This document shows, piece by piece, positions 1-8,700 of a stretch of 64,000 nt of DNA. Both the position numbers and the translations under genes were made by a program. The notes below the pieces were generated by a model, which had not been told where the DNA came from, did not search any database, and worked only from the letters and a program-made list of their open reading frames with translations. How positions within the stretch are numbered: the first letter of the stretch is position 1; each line of letters starts with the position of its first letter. Source of the DNA: a virus; IMG/VR virus record IMGVR_UViG_3300045988_133686, positions 32,001-96,000 of that record; one strand, 5' to 3'.

Positions 1-336
1 AAGCAGTTTTTACTCCGTAGTATGCGCTCAAAAATGCGACGCCGCAAGAATAAGCAATTTGAGTCCCAATACTCCCCCATCGTTTCGGCACTGGTGAACT
101 CCGCTGGCTTTAAGTATAACTATGATTCCGTATGGAGCCTCCACGTCAGCCAGATATGGGATGCCTTTTATAGGGCAAATAAGATACAGTCCTATCAAAA
201 TACAATGCTCGGTATCTATACCGGCAATATAGACTCAAAAAAGATTGATAAGGATGTGTTGTCGTGGTTCGGGCGTATTGATCCGAACGCCAGCCAACCG
301 GCCGATCAATCCAAGGCATTGTCCGTCACGCAGTAG
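1..336 (+). CDS. hypothetical late-module protein, 5' end probably outside the window
   Basis: Frame 1 is open from base 1 with no stop before the listed ATG at 22. It ends at TAG 334-336, just upstream of the tail tube candidate. Confidence 0.4.
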   Translation, partial: KQFLLRSMRSKMRRRKNKQFESQYSPIVSALVNSAGFKYNYDSVWSLHVSQIWDAFYRANKIQSYQNTMLGIYTGNIDSKKIDKDVLSWFGRIDPNASQPADQSKALSVTQ

Positions 337-374
337 CGCGGCGGCCTTTATTTTTATAAGGAGGAAAATTCAAC

Positions 375-1187
375 ATGGCTGTTACTTCTAATAAGTACAT
401 CATTCAGAACATGGAGCGCCTGTCCGGCTTCGACCCGGCCGACGGTACCTGCCTGTTTGTTGCCGAAGACCTTCAGGACGGCAACATGACCAACGAGCAG
501 GAAGACGTCTACGCGACCGGTAAGAACGGCGTTAAGATCGGTTCCGGTTCCCGTAACAAGGCTTCTCGTATTACCGCGACTTCCGGTTCCATTCTGGATG
601 GCGTTATTGCTACTCAGGTAGGTTCCGACATTAAGCTGGAAACTGTGCATGTGCCCCACATGGAGATCCTGACCGTCGGTGCTGGCAAGACCGCCACCCT
701 GACCTACAAGGCCATCGGCGCAGAGGGTAATGAGATTCCTTTCATCTACGAGCGCAACTCTGACGGCACCCTCGGCAAGAAGTATGCAATCAACTCTGCT
801 GCTACTGCCGAGCAGTTCTCCTTTAACGCTACTACCGGCGTGATTACTTGCCCCACCGGCATGACTGAGGGTACTCAGATTGTTGTTTGGTATGACGTCG
901 AAGCCAAGAATGCGAAGCACATCGTTAACGCCGACAACGTGTTCTCTCGTGAACTGAAGATTGTTGCCGACGTCTGGGCGCGTGGTACCTGCGATGGTAA
1001 GGATTACTACGGCAAGATTATCTACGGCCGTGCCAAGGCGTCTGGTAACTTCGAGCTGGCATTTGGTAATGACCCCTCTGTACAGAACATGGAGTTCGAG
1101 GCTCTGTCCAATAGCTGTTCTGGCGCTGGCAACCTGCTGTGGGACTTCATCATCTTCGACGGCGAGGACATCTCCAAGGTCGGTTAA
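375..1187 (+). CDS. major tail (tube) protein candidate with an Ig-like insert
   Basis: Strong RBS (taaggagga) upstream of the ATG; 270 aa. It is the best-signalled structural gene upstream of the tape measure. The central segment (GAGKTATLTYKAIGAEGNEIPF...TGVITCPTGMTEGTQIVVWY) looks Ig-like. Assigned by synteny and composition only. Confidence 0.5.
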   Translation: MAVTSNKYIIQNMERLSGFDPADGTCLFVAEDLQDGNMTNEQEDVYATGKNGVKIGSGSRNKASRITATSGSILDGVIATQVGSDIKLETVHVPHMEILTVGAGKTATLTYKAIGAEGNEIPFIYERNSDGTLGKKYAINSAATAEQFSFNATTGVITCPTGMTEGTQIVVWYDVEAKNAKHIVNADNVFSRELKIVADVWARGTCDGKDYYGKIIYGRAKASGNFELAFGNDPSVQNMEFEALSNSCSGAGNLLWDFIIFDGEDISKVG

Positions 1188-1189
1188 TC

Positions 1190-1486
1190 ATGCCCGCACC
1201 AAACCACATTTGCAAAATTTGCGGGGCGGCGTATTATGCGTGCAACCAGTGTGACCAGCGTCATACGTGGCGATCTGTATGCGACACCCCGGAGCACTAC
1301 CAAATATATCAGGTACTCATCATGTTCTCGCGCGATATGATTACCCGTGACGAGGCTGCAACGATGCTCAGTAACCTTGGTGTTACCGCGGATAGCATCC
1401 TGGCCTTCCCACCGGATAAGATCGACGAGATTATGAGTATCATCAAAACACAGACGCGCAAGCGCCACGCTAAAGCCAAGGAATAA
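1190..1486 (+). CDS. small zinc-ribbon protein (CxxC-x6-CxxC)
   Basis: ATG at 1190 follows the upstream stop closely (TAATCATG). N-terminal motif is CKICGAAYYACNQC; 98 aa. Confidence 0.6.
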   Translation: MPAPNHICKICGAAYYACNQCDQRHTWRSVCDTPEHYQIYQVLIMFSRDMITRDEAATMLSNLGVTADSILAFPPDKIDEIMSIIKTQTRKRHAKAKE

Positions 1487-1561
1487 CTTTGTGCTGCAAC
1501 TGGGCGGCACTATTGTCGCCCATATTTTACGAATGCCCGTGCCATACTGGATGGGCAGTTA

Positions 1562-1595
1562 AGCAAAGAAAACCCGCGCGGTTACGTCGCGCGGG
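1562..1595 (-). terminator. rho-independent terminator (minus strand)
   Basis: Stem CCCGCGCG/CGCGCGGG (1573-1580/1588-1595). On the minus strand it is followed by TTTTCTTTGCTT. The T-tail is poorer on the plus strand. Confidence 0.55.
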
Positions 1596-1602
1596 CTGTA
1601 GG

Positions 1603-1686
1603 TTATTTGTGCTTTACATGATCGACAATGTCAATTATGACACTTATCGCATTCAGCACAAGGCCGATTATATCAGCGATAATCAT
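1603..1686 (-). CDS. 27-aa hydrophobic peptide MIIADIIGLVLNAISVIIDIVDHVKHK (below the ORF-track cutoff)
   Basis: ATG at 1686 is preceded by GGCGGTGA plus 6 nt. Stop TAA is at 1603-1605, immediately followed by the 1562-1595 terminator. A TGTATAAT -10 lies about 115 nt upstream. Confidence 0.35.
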   Translation of the reverse strand: MIIADIIGLVLNAISVIIDIVDHVKHK

Positions 1687-1801
1687 ATGATATCACCGCC
1701 AAAGAGGTCGATTCGTCCAAGCTCGCCGATCGGAACTTGGTTCCTTGCAGTTCCTTGTATTCCTTTTACTCTCTGGGGATCGACTTTCCCCTACGGATGA
1801 T

Positions 1802-1809
1802 ATTATACA
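1802..1809 (-). promoter_or_regulatory. -10 element TGTATAAT (minus strand)
   Basis: Reverse complement of 1802-1809 is TGTATAAT. It sits between the two minus-strand hairpin terminators, upstream of the 27-aa ORF. Confidence 0.4.
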
Positions 1810-1910
1810 TTGGCAAAATCTTCTTGTAAAACACATTCATTTGATTGCTAGACCGGCGTCACCTGCCATAGAACAGAGCACGCTGCGCACAAAACTCTAC
1901 TAGACTCGCC

Positions 1911-1948
1911 GTGTAAAACACAGGGGCGGTATGTGTGTATACCGCCCC
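1911..1948 (-). terminator. hairpin terminator candidate (minus strand)
   Basis: Stem GGGGCGGTAT/ATACCGCCCC (1923-1932/1939-1948) with a 6-nt loop. On the minus strand it is followed by CTGTGTTTTAC. Confidence 0.45.
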
Positions 1949-2152
1949 GCATACTAGGCAGTGAATTTAACCACTGCGGCTAGCAGAGCAGCCGCCATCA
2001 AAAGTTGGGAGGCGGCGCGTACTAGATCTGTGACTTGCGCCACAGCGTACTCATACGATTCACCTCCGTTTATTCTATAGGCCAACAAGTAGCATGGGTT
2101 CCTCGCAACAAAACCATCGCTGCTCGCAACATATAGTCACGGACTAGTACGC
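1911..2152 (-). ncRNA. structured leftward leader/ncRNA candidate (about 240 nt) with a 10-codon ORF, alternative hairpins and a terminator
   Basis: Long-range inverted repeat 2017-2035 vs 2135-2152. Overlapping, mutually exclusive hairpins at 1976-1995 and 1991-2016. GGAGGTGA RBS plus ATG-AGT-ACG-CTG-TGG-CGC-AAG-TCA-CAG-ATC-TAG. No long ORF on either strand. Confidence 0.3.
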
Positions 2153-2156
2153 ATTT

Positions 2157-2185
2157 ATTATCAACTATACAACCAATTATTTCAA
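2157..2185 (-). promoter_or_regulatory. sigma70-like promoter (minus strand): TTGAAA-17-GATAAT
   Basis: Reverse complement of 2180-2185 is TTGAAA and of 2157-2162 is GATAAT, with a 17-nt spacer. It points into the structured region. Confidence 0.4.
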
Positions 2186-2192
2186 GGTTCAT

Positions 2193-2660
2193 ATGAAAAT
2201 CATCTCATTCGATCAGGCTACCCACATTACCGGATATGCGATTTATAACGATGGGGAACTTGCAGACTTCGGCATTATACGCTCAAAAGCCACCGATCCC
2301 CATGTACGAATGCGCGAGATGTTTGAGCAAATCTCCGCGCTGATTGACCAGGAACCCCCGGACAATGTATCCATAGAAGGGACGCAATGCCAGAACGGCA
2401 ACTACAAAGCTTTCAGCACATTATGCCAGATGCAAGGTGTACTATTTGCAATTCTATTTATCCGCCACATCGAATTCTTTGTGGTGCCACCGATGACTTG
2501 GAAGGCATTTCACAAGATCGGTAACGGCAAGCGCGCGCTCCAGAAAAGAGCGGCTATTCAGATCGTACACAATAAAGGCATTGACGCGTCGGAAGACGAG
2601 TGCGAAGCAATCCTCCAGGGCGAATACGTCTTGGACTTGATACGAAAGGAACAAAAATGA
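2193..2660 (+). CDS. ruvC: RuvC-like Holliday junction resolvase
   Basis: N-terminal MKIISFDQATHITGYA (catalytic Asp), SIEGTQ (Glu) and C-terminal DASEDECEAIL acidic residues. 155 aa, typical of phage RuvC-type resolvases. Confidence 0.8.
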   Translation: MKIISFDQATHITGYAIYNDGELADFGIIRSKATDPHVRMREMFEQISALIDQEPPDNVSIEGTQCQNGNYKAFSTLCQMQGVLFAILFIRHIEFFVVPPMTWKAFHKIGNGKRALQKRAAIQIVHNKGIDASEDECEAILQGEYVLDLIRKEQK

Positions 2661-3220
2661 TTAAGATCCCGAAGAGCGCTATGAAGCAGGTTAAGGTTGA
2701 CGCAGTTTATCACATCGGTGAAACCGAACGGAAGATGCACATTTCGACCCATATCACGGATGAGATGCGCCTCAAGTATCTCCAGACCTATATGAACATT
2801 ATGTTCGCCGACAATACATATCGCCCCGACTTGAGTGACATTGCACGTAGCTGGGCGCTTATCACGATGGCTACCGACATTGACACAGAGGGCGCAACCA
2901 TCGACGAGATTATTTACGTCGTCGAGCACACGGATGTCCTGCCTGCCATTTATGAGGTTATCCCCGAAAATAGACTGACATATCTAGAGTTTGGCGCCGA
3001 CAAAACAGAGGCGGTCTACATGGAGCGTATGAAGGCAGACCCCGCCCGCAAACTTGACGATCTGCTCACTATGCTCACTGACAAACTCGCAGTGATGCTT
3101 GATAAGTTGGGTGAACTGGATATTAACCCTGCGGAGACGGCCGAAATGATTGACAAATTCAAAGCGTTGCTGGATAGCGAGCAGGGGAGCGAACTGATTA
3201 AGGTTGCCGCAGGCAAGTAA
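2657..3220 (+). CDS. hypothetical acidic protein; possible tail assembly chaperone by position only
   Basis: ATGA overlap with the ruvC stop (2657-2660), preceded by RBS gaaagga. 187 aa. Confidence 0.55.
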   Translation: MIKIPKSAMKQVKVDAVYHIGETERKMHISTHITDEMRLKYLQTYMNIMFADNTYRPDLSDIARSWALITMATDIDTEGATIDEIIYVVEHTDVLPAIYEVIPENRLTYLEFGADKTEAVYMERMKADPARKLDDLLTMLTDKLAVMLDKLGELDINPAETAEMIDKFKALLDSEQGSELIKVAAGK

Positions 3221-3230
3221 GGAGTAATAT

Positions 3231-3842
3231 ATGGAAGATAAGGAAATGCAGGAATATATGGAAGATAAGAACCTACCAGACCCAATCATGCGTCGTTTTT
3301 ACAAAGACTTTGCCCGCCGCGTCCTGTGGCTCGACACAGAAGTTACGGACGGGTTTTTAGAGTTTGGTAAGTTTATTCTCCAGTGGAACGCCGAAGATGC
3401 GGACAAACCAGTGGAAGAGCGCGTCCCGATTAAGCTTATGTTCTTCTCTCCGGGCGGCTCCCTTTACGTTAATAACGCAATGGTTGATATTATTTCTATG
3501 AGCAAGACTCCCGTCTATGGCTATAACATGGGCATGGCGTTCAGCGCGGCCTGCTTTATGTTCCTTGCATGCCACAAGCGTTTTGCCCTCCCCTCCTCCA
3601 GCTTTATGCTCCATAAGGGCAACGCAGCTATGGAGGGCGACACGATTAACATCGAAAATACAGCCGCGGACTACAAGCGCTCGATTGCACGGTTGATTGA
3701 TCTTGTTGTCACTCGCACAACGATTCCGAAGAATGTTGCCAATAAAAAGATGAACAGTGACTGGTTTATCACGGCACAAGACGCTCATGAAAAATACGGC
3801 TTCGTGGATGAGATTCTGACCGACATGGAACAGGTGGTGTAA
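3231..3842 (+). CDS. ClpP-family (S14) serine protease
   Basis: RBS aaggag. Motifs FFSPGGSLYVNNAMVDII, GMAFSAACFM (Ser), FMLHKG (His) and YGFVDEIL match the ClpP fold triad pattern. Confidence 0.85.
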   Translation: MEDKEMQEYMEDKNLPDPIMRRFYKDFARRVLWLDTEVTDGFLEFGKFILQWNAEDADKPVEERVPIKLMFFSPGGSLYVNNAMVDIISMSKTPVYGYNMGMAFSAACFMFLACHKRFALPSSSFMLHKGNAAMEGDTINIENTAADYKRSIARLIDLVVTRTTIPKNVANKKMNSDWFITAQDAHEKYGFVDEILTDMEQVV

Positions 3843-3845
3843 ACC

Positions 3846-5270
3846 ATGGCAAAGCCAAAGGGTAAGGTTCGCGTATCTTTCCCCGGCAACGCCTCTCATG
3901 AGGTGACTGGTTCCATGACGTTGGTCGAAACGGACGGCATGAAGATTCTGATCGAGGCAGGGCTGGTGCAAGGGGGTTCGACACTACAAGATTGGCGGAC
4001 GAACTCCCGCCACTTCCCATTTCGCCCGAACACGATTGATTATATCTTTATAGGTCACGGACACGCCGATCACATGCTGCTGATTCCGAAACTTTATAAA
4101 GAGCATTGCACCGCGAAGATTATCGCGCCGCGCGGCACTAAGGCTCTATTCGATATTATGGCACACGACTCTGCCTATATCATCTCTAAGGACGCGCAAC
4201 AGCTTCAACAGGCGTTCGGCAAATACTTTGACCCGTTCTACACCGCGGATGATGTAGATACGGCCATGGAATATTTCGAGGAGTATGACTTCGACGAAAT
4301 GGTTGAACTGCCCGGCGGTTTGCGCTTCAAGTTTATTCCGTCCGGCCACATCATTAACGCCGCGCAGATTATGTTATGGGTACCGGCGCAGCAGCACTAC
4401 GTAAAAATCGGCTATACTTCCGATCTTGGTTCCACGCTCTTCCGCCGGTACATTAACCATTTCGAGCCGATTGACAACTGCGCGTTATTAATTGGCGAGT
4501 GTACATACGCGCGAGAAACACGACCGGTTACGCCGCGCGACCGCCGCAACGACATGCTAAAGATTAAGAGTATTATCGAAACAACATGTGTCGAGAATCA
4601 CAGCAGAGTGCTCATTCCGGTGTTCAGTCTTGATAGGGCGCAGAATATTGCGTCCTTTATTTATGACCTATTCAACGAAGATGAATCGTTTGACATCCCC
4701 GTCCTGGTCGATTCCCCGCTCACCGTGAAACTTTTCCGCTATATGCTTGAGCACGCCAATCCAGAGGATACAGCTTACCTTGAGAAGGTCATGGCATGGA
4801 AAAATCTGGTGCTCATAGAAGAGTCTGAGCAATCACGCCAATGGATGGAATCCAGCAAACCGTGCGTTATCCTATCCTCCGCCGGTATGTTGACCGCCGG
4901 GCGCAGCCGTCGCTGGGCAGCATCATTGCTCCCGCAGGCCAACGCCCACATTCTCTTCTGTGGGTTTGCCACGGAATCCTCGCTAGCCGGGCAGATCAGA
5001 CATGGTTCGGATCGCAAGTATATCTCTATTGAAGGAAAGCTGCGGCGCAATCGTTGCAGTATCACTGAGCTGCGATCATTCTCCGGCCATATGGGTCGCA
5101 ATGACTTAATCAATTATTACGCTGATGTTGATACGCCCCGCATCGCACTCGTTCACGGAGACGCTGACGCGAAGATTCAGTTTGCGGCAGACCTCGAAGC
5201 CGAGATGCAGAAGCGGAATAGAACGGGGCGCGCCATCTGCGTCAACAAAGGGACTCAAATTTTACTGTAA
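3846..5270 (+). CDS. metallo-beta-lactamase fold beta-CASP nuclease (RNase J/CPSF-like)
   Basis: HGHADH motif (IFIGHGHADHMLL), a mid-protein SGH (FIPSGHIINAAQ) and C-terminal LVHGD. 474 aa. Confidence 0.85.
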   Translation: MAKPKGKVRVSFPGNASHEVTGSMTLVETDGMKILIEAGLVQGGSTLQDWRTNSRHFPFRPNTIDYIFIGHGHADHMLLIPKLYKEHCTAKIIAPRGTKALFDIMAHDSAYIISKDAQQLQQAFGKYFDPFYTADDVDTAMEYFEEYDFDEMVELPGGLRFKFIPSGHIINAAQIMLWVPAQQHYVKIGYTSDLGSTLFRRYINHFEPIDNCALLIGECTYARETRPVTPRDRRNDMLKIKSIIETTCVENHSRVLIPVFSLDRAQNIASFIYDLFNEDESFDIPVLVDSPLTVKLFRYMLEHANPEDTAYLEKVMAWKNLVLIEESEQSRQWMESSKPCVILSSAGMLTAGRSRRWAASLLPQANAHILFCGFATESSLAGQIRHGSDRKYISIEGKLRRNRCSITELRSFSGHMGRNDLINYYADVDTPRIALVHGDADAKIQFAADLEAEMQKRNRTGRAICVNKGTQILL

Positions 5271-5320
5271 GGCTGTACACGGGCTTGTGTCGGCCTTTGT
5301 TTATTTCAGAGGTGAAACAC

Positions 5321-5755
5321 ATGCCTATAATCACATCCCGCGCGGCATTAGAACGTGAGATTCAACGTCGCGCAGTTTACGCCCTCACTCAGTGTGCAGA
5401 CATCATGACCAATGTTTTACACGAAAGTATTCAGGCTAACGTGTATAACGCCTACACCCCAAAGGTTTATGAGCGTCGCGGGGACGATGGCGGTTTGCTC
5501 GATATTATGAACTACGACGCAGAGGTTGATCCCGCGGATCTCAGTATTACGATGCGTGATAATGCGCTTGGCGGATTTGACGGAGCTGATTACTCTGATG
5601 ACCTGGATGCCACGGTTACACAGGGTTGGCACTCTAATGAACTTGACTGGGGCATCCGCGGTCGTCCGTTCTACCCTGTCGCGCAAGACATACTCGACGC
5701 GCAGAGCGGCGAGGTCGGAGCTGTTATCCTGGACGCCATGAAGAAGGGGGTATAG
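5321..5755 (+). CDS. hypothetical protein immediately upstream of the tape measure
   Basis: RBS GAGGTGA plus 5 nt before ATG 5321 (internal Met of the listed ORF 5285..5755). 144 aa. Confidence 0.55.
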   Translation: MPIITSRAALEREIQRRAVYALTQCADIMTNVLHESIQANVYNAYTPKVYERRGDDGGLLDIMNYDAEVDPADLSITMRDNALGGFDGADYSDDLDATVTQGWHSNELDWGIRGRPFYPVAQDILDAQSGEVGAVILDAMKKGV

Positions 5756-5756
5756 T

Positions 5757-8700
5757 ATGGCCGATAATTTGGAGTTTGGGCTAAAAATCGTACCAGACTT
5801 TACAGAATTTGATAGTCAAATAGGAAAACATAAAAGTAAGGAAACAATTAAGGTTGGCATTGAGCCGGATACATCATCTATCGATACAGGAATACGCGCG
5901 TACAATAAAACAAGCAGGAATAACGCGTCGCAGTTACGTGTAGCAATTTCGCCCGTTGAGCCTGCTGACGGCCTACAGAAAGCTGTTGATACATTCTCCG
6001 GCAGGGTGTCACTGCGACTCCCGATCAAGCCTATTGTGTCAACGCTGCGCAGTGACCTGAATGCGGCGGTTGCGAAACTCTCTAGTAACGGTTCGTCGCC
6101 GATCGCTATTGAAGCGTCGATTAAGCCAATCCACATCAACAAAACGTTACAGGAAGCGGCAAAGGGGCAGCTATTCAAGCTCCCCGTCACTCTTGATATT
6201 AACCAGAGTACGCTTAACTCGCAGATACAGAGCATCCAATCCAAGATCGTGCAGGCGCTTGGTACAATTTCGGTTACGCCGCAGATCAATTTGAATGTAA
6301 AACAGAGCGGCGGGACGAGCAACAGCGGTGGCAACAACTCCGGCGGTCTGTCTTACGAGCAAACGCTTGACCAAGCGAAGATGCTCACACAGCTAGAGGA
6401 TTTCCAGCGAAAATATCAAAGTGTACTGCAAAGCGGTGGCACAAACACAGTTCTTGGTGATGAGCTTCAGTCTATCATTGACAAAGTTAATCAGATCAAC
6501 ACCGGTGATGGGCTAACTACCGCCAAGCGTGAAGTGGCGGAAATTGAAGCGCGTGTCAAGTCTCTAGCAAGTGCGTATAGGGACGCATCGAGCGCGGCGC
6601 AGTACATGATTAAGTCCTCCACAACCACGACGTCAGATGACTGGATGAGTCGCTGGGGTGAGATTAATCGGTATATACAAGGTTTAGACGCTCAAGCACA
6701 AAAGCTTCAGTCTGATTTCCAGACATTTTCTTTGCCACAGAAGTTTGTTGATGATCTAAAGCATCTAGCTTCTGCTGTCTCTGGTCGAGCCACGGCGGCT
6801 CTTGGTAAGGCGGATAAAAATGAGATAGCTGGCGTCAATGTTGACAACGTACACCGAGCTTATGCGCAGCTTCAACAGGTTATGCAGACACCGTTCGAAG
6901 CGCAGAATCAAGATTATGTTAAACAATACACTGCCGCGATTCAGGAGCTAGACTCTGCCGTTAAAATCCTCACCGGCGACCTATCTACCGTTAAGCCCAC
7001 CCTGGCCTCTGCGTCTGATGTCAGCAAGGCAAAGGCTGACTTCGAGTCACTGGGTAAGACATGGAGCAAGCTGTTCAGCAATAGCAGCCTATCTGCCCGG
7101 TATACGGACATTCTCGGTAAATTTGATACCGAGATGACACAAGCTCAGTTCAAGGCTCTGCAAGCGGACGTCGCTGCTTTCCGTTCGGAGGTTATTGCGG
7201 CTGGCGCGGCTACACAGTCATTTGGTGGTAAGCTCAAGTCTGCGCTCGGCCAGTTTGGATCGTTCTTGTCTGTCGCATCACTAGTTGGTTACGCTGTTAA
7301 AGGCATGAAGGACATGTACCAGGCGGCCGTTGAGCTTGACACTAAAGTGACAGACCTACAGATCGCATCCGGCAACGCTCGAAGCGAAGTGCGTGCTATG
7401 GTGAACGAGTACGCAGATATGGGTAGGGAGCTTGGTGCCACGGCGGTTGATGTTGCAACGGCTGCGGACACGTTTTTGAGACAAGGCGAAAACGAAGCTA
7501 ATACGGCAAAGCTTGTCAAAGACGCTTTGATGCTATCCAAGCTTGGTCAGATTGGCACCGATGAATCATCGACCGCGCTAACATCTGCCATGAAAGGTTA
7601 CAAGGTGAGCGCCGATCAAGCGGAATTAATCGTCGATAAGCTGACCGCCGTCGATATGGAAGCCGCCGCTAGCGCTGGTGGTATTGCGAAGGCCATGGCT
7701 GAGACGGCTACTAGTGCTGATATGGCTGGTATCAGCATGGACAGATTAATTGGTTATCTAACTACCATAAAAGAGATAACACAAAGTGGTGACGAAGAAA
7801 CCGGTAACTTCTTCAAATCTACCCTTGCTCGTATGTCCAATATTAAAGCCGGTTATCTTTCTGACCCAGAGACGGGAGAGGATCTGTCTAACGTAGAAGC
7901 CACATTGAGCGGCTTAGGAATCAAGCTGCGCAATTCTAACGCAGAGTTCCGCAATTTTGGCGATGTGCTTGATGAGGTGGCCGGAAAATGGGACACCTTC
8001 TCTAGTGTCCAGCAGCGCGCGATTGCTACGGCTCTTGGTGGAACTCGCGGTCAGGAAAAGCTGCTCGTTTTGATCGAGAATTATGATTCCGCCATGGAGT
8101 ATATGGATGTCGCAGCAAATAGCGCCGGTAACGCGGCTGAGAAATACAATGCTTATCTTGCTGGTATCGAGGCATCCTCTGACTCCTTCAAGGCATCCTT
8201 CCAAAAACTTTCCGCGGATGTAATGAATAGCGAGTTTGTGAAGGGTACATATGATGTCGGCACTGGTATTCTTGGATTCTTAGATGCACTCGTTCAAAAG
8301 ATCGGCGTGTTCTCCACCCTCGGCAGTGGTAGCGGAATTGCTTCGATCATTAAAAATCTGACTAAAAAGGGCGATCTTCTTTCAGTCATTGGTAATAGCG
8401 ACCTCTCCGGAGCCATCAGTGATGTTGGGCAACTCTCGCAGGCGTATATGCAACTGAACGGTAAACAACAGCGTGCGTATATGCTGTATAATATGATGAT
8501 GAAGGGCACCTCTGGACTAACCACGGCACAGCGTCAGAATCTCGCGGCGACGGTGCAATTGGTTAGGCAGGGCCAGACCTTTAATGTTACGATGGCGGAG
8601 GCAGCTCTAAAGCAAGAGGGTTTGAATGAGGCGCAAATTCAGGGACTTCAGCTTGCGATGCAGAACCAAGGTGGACTTAAAAGTACCACACTCGCGTATA

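Noticed and set aside
2657-3842. Programmed -1 frameshift of a tail assembly chaperone (G/GT type) into the downstream ORF
   Set aside because: The downstream ORF is a ClpP-family protease with its own strong RBS and ATG. I saw no slippery heptamer at the junction.
8581-8592. A third copy of the operator-like TAATGTTAC inside the tape measure gene
   Set aside because: It is only a 9-mer match deep inside a coding region with no promoter context, which is expected by chance.
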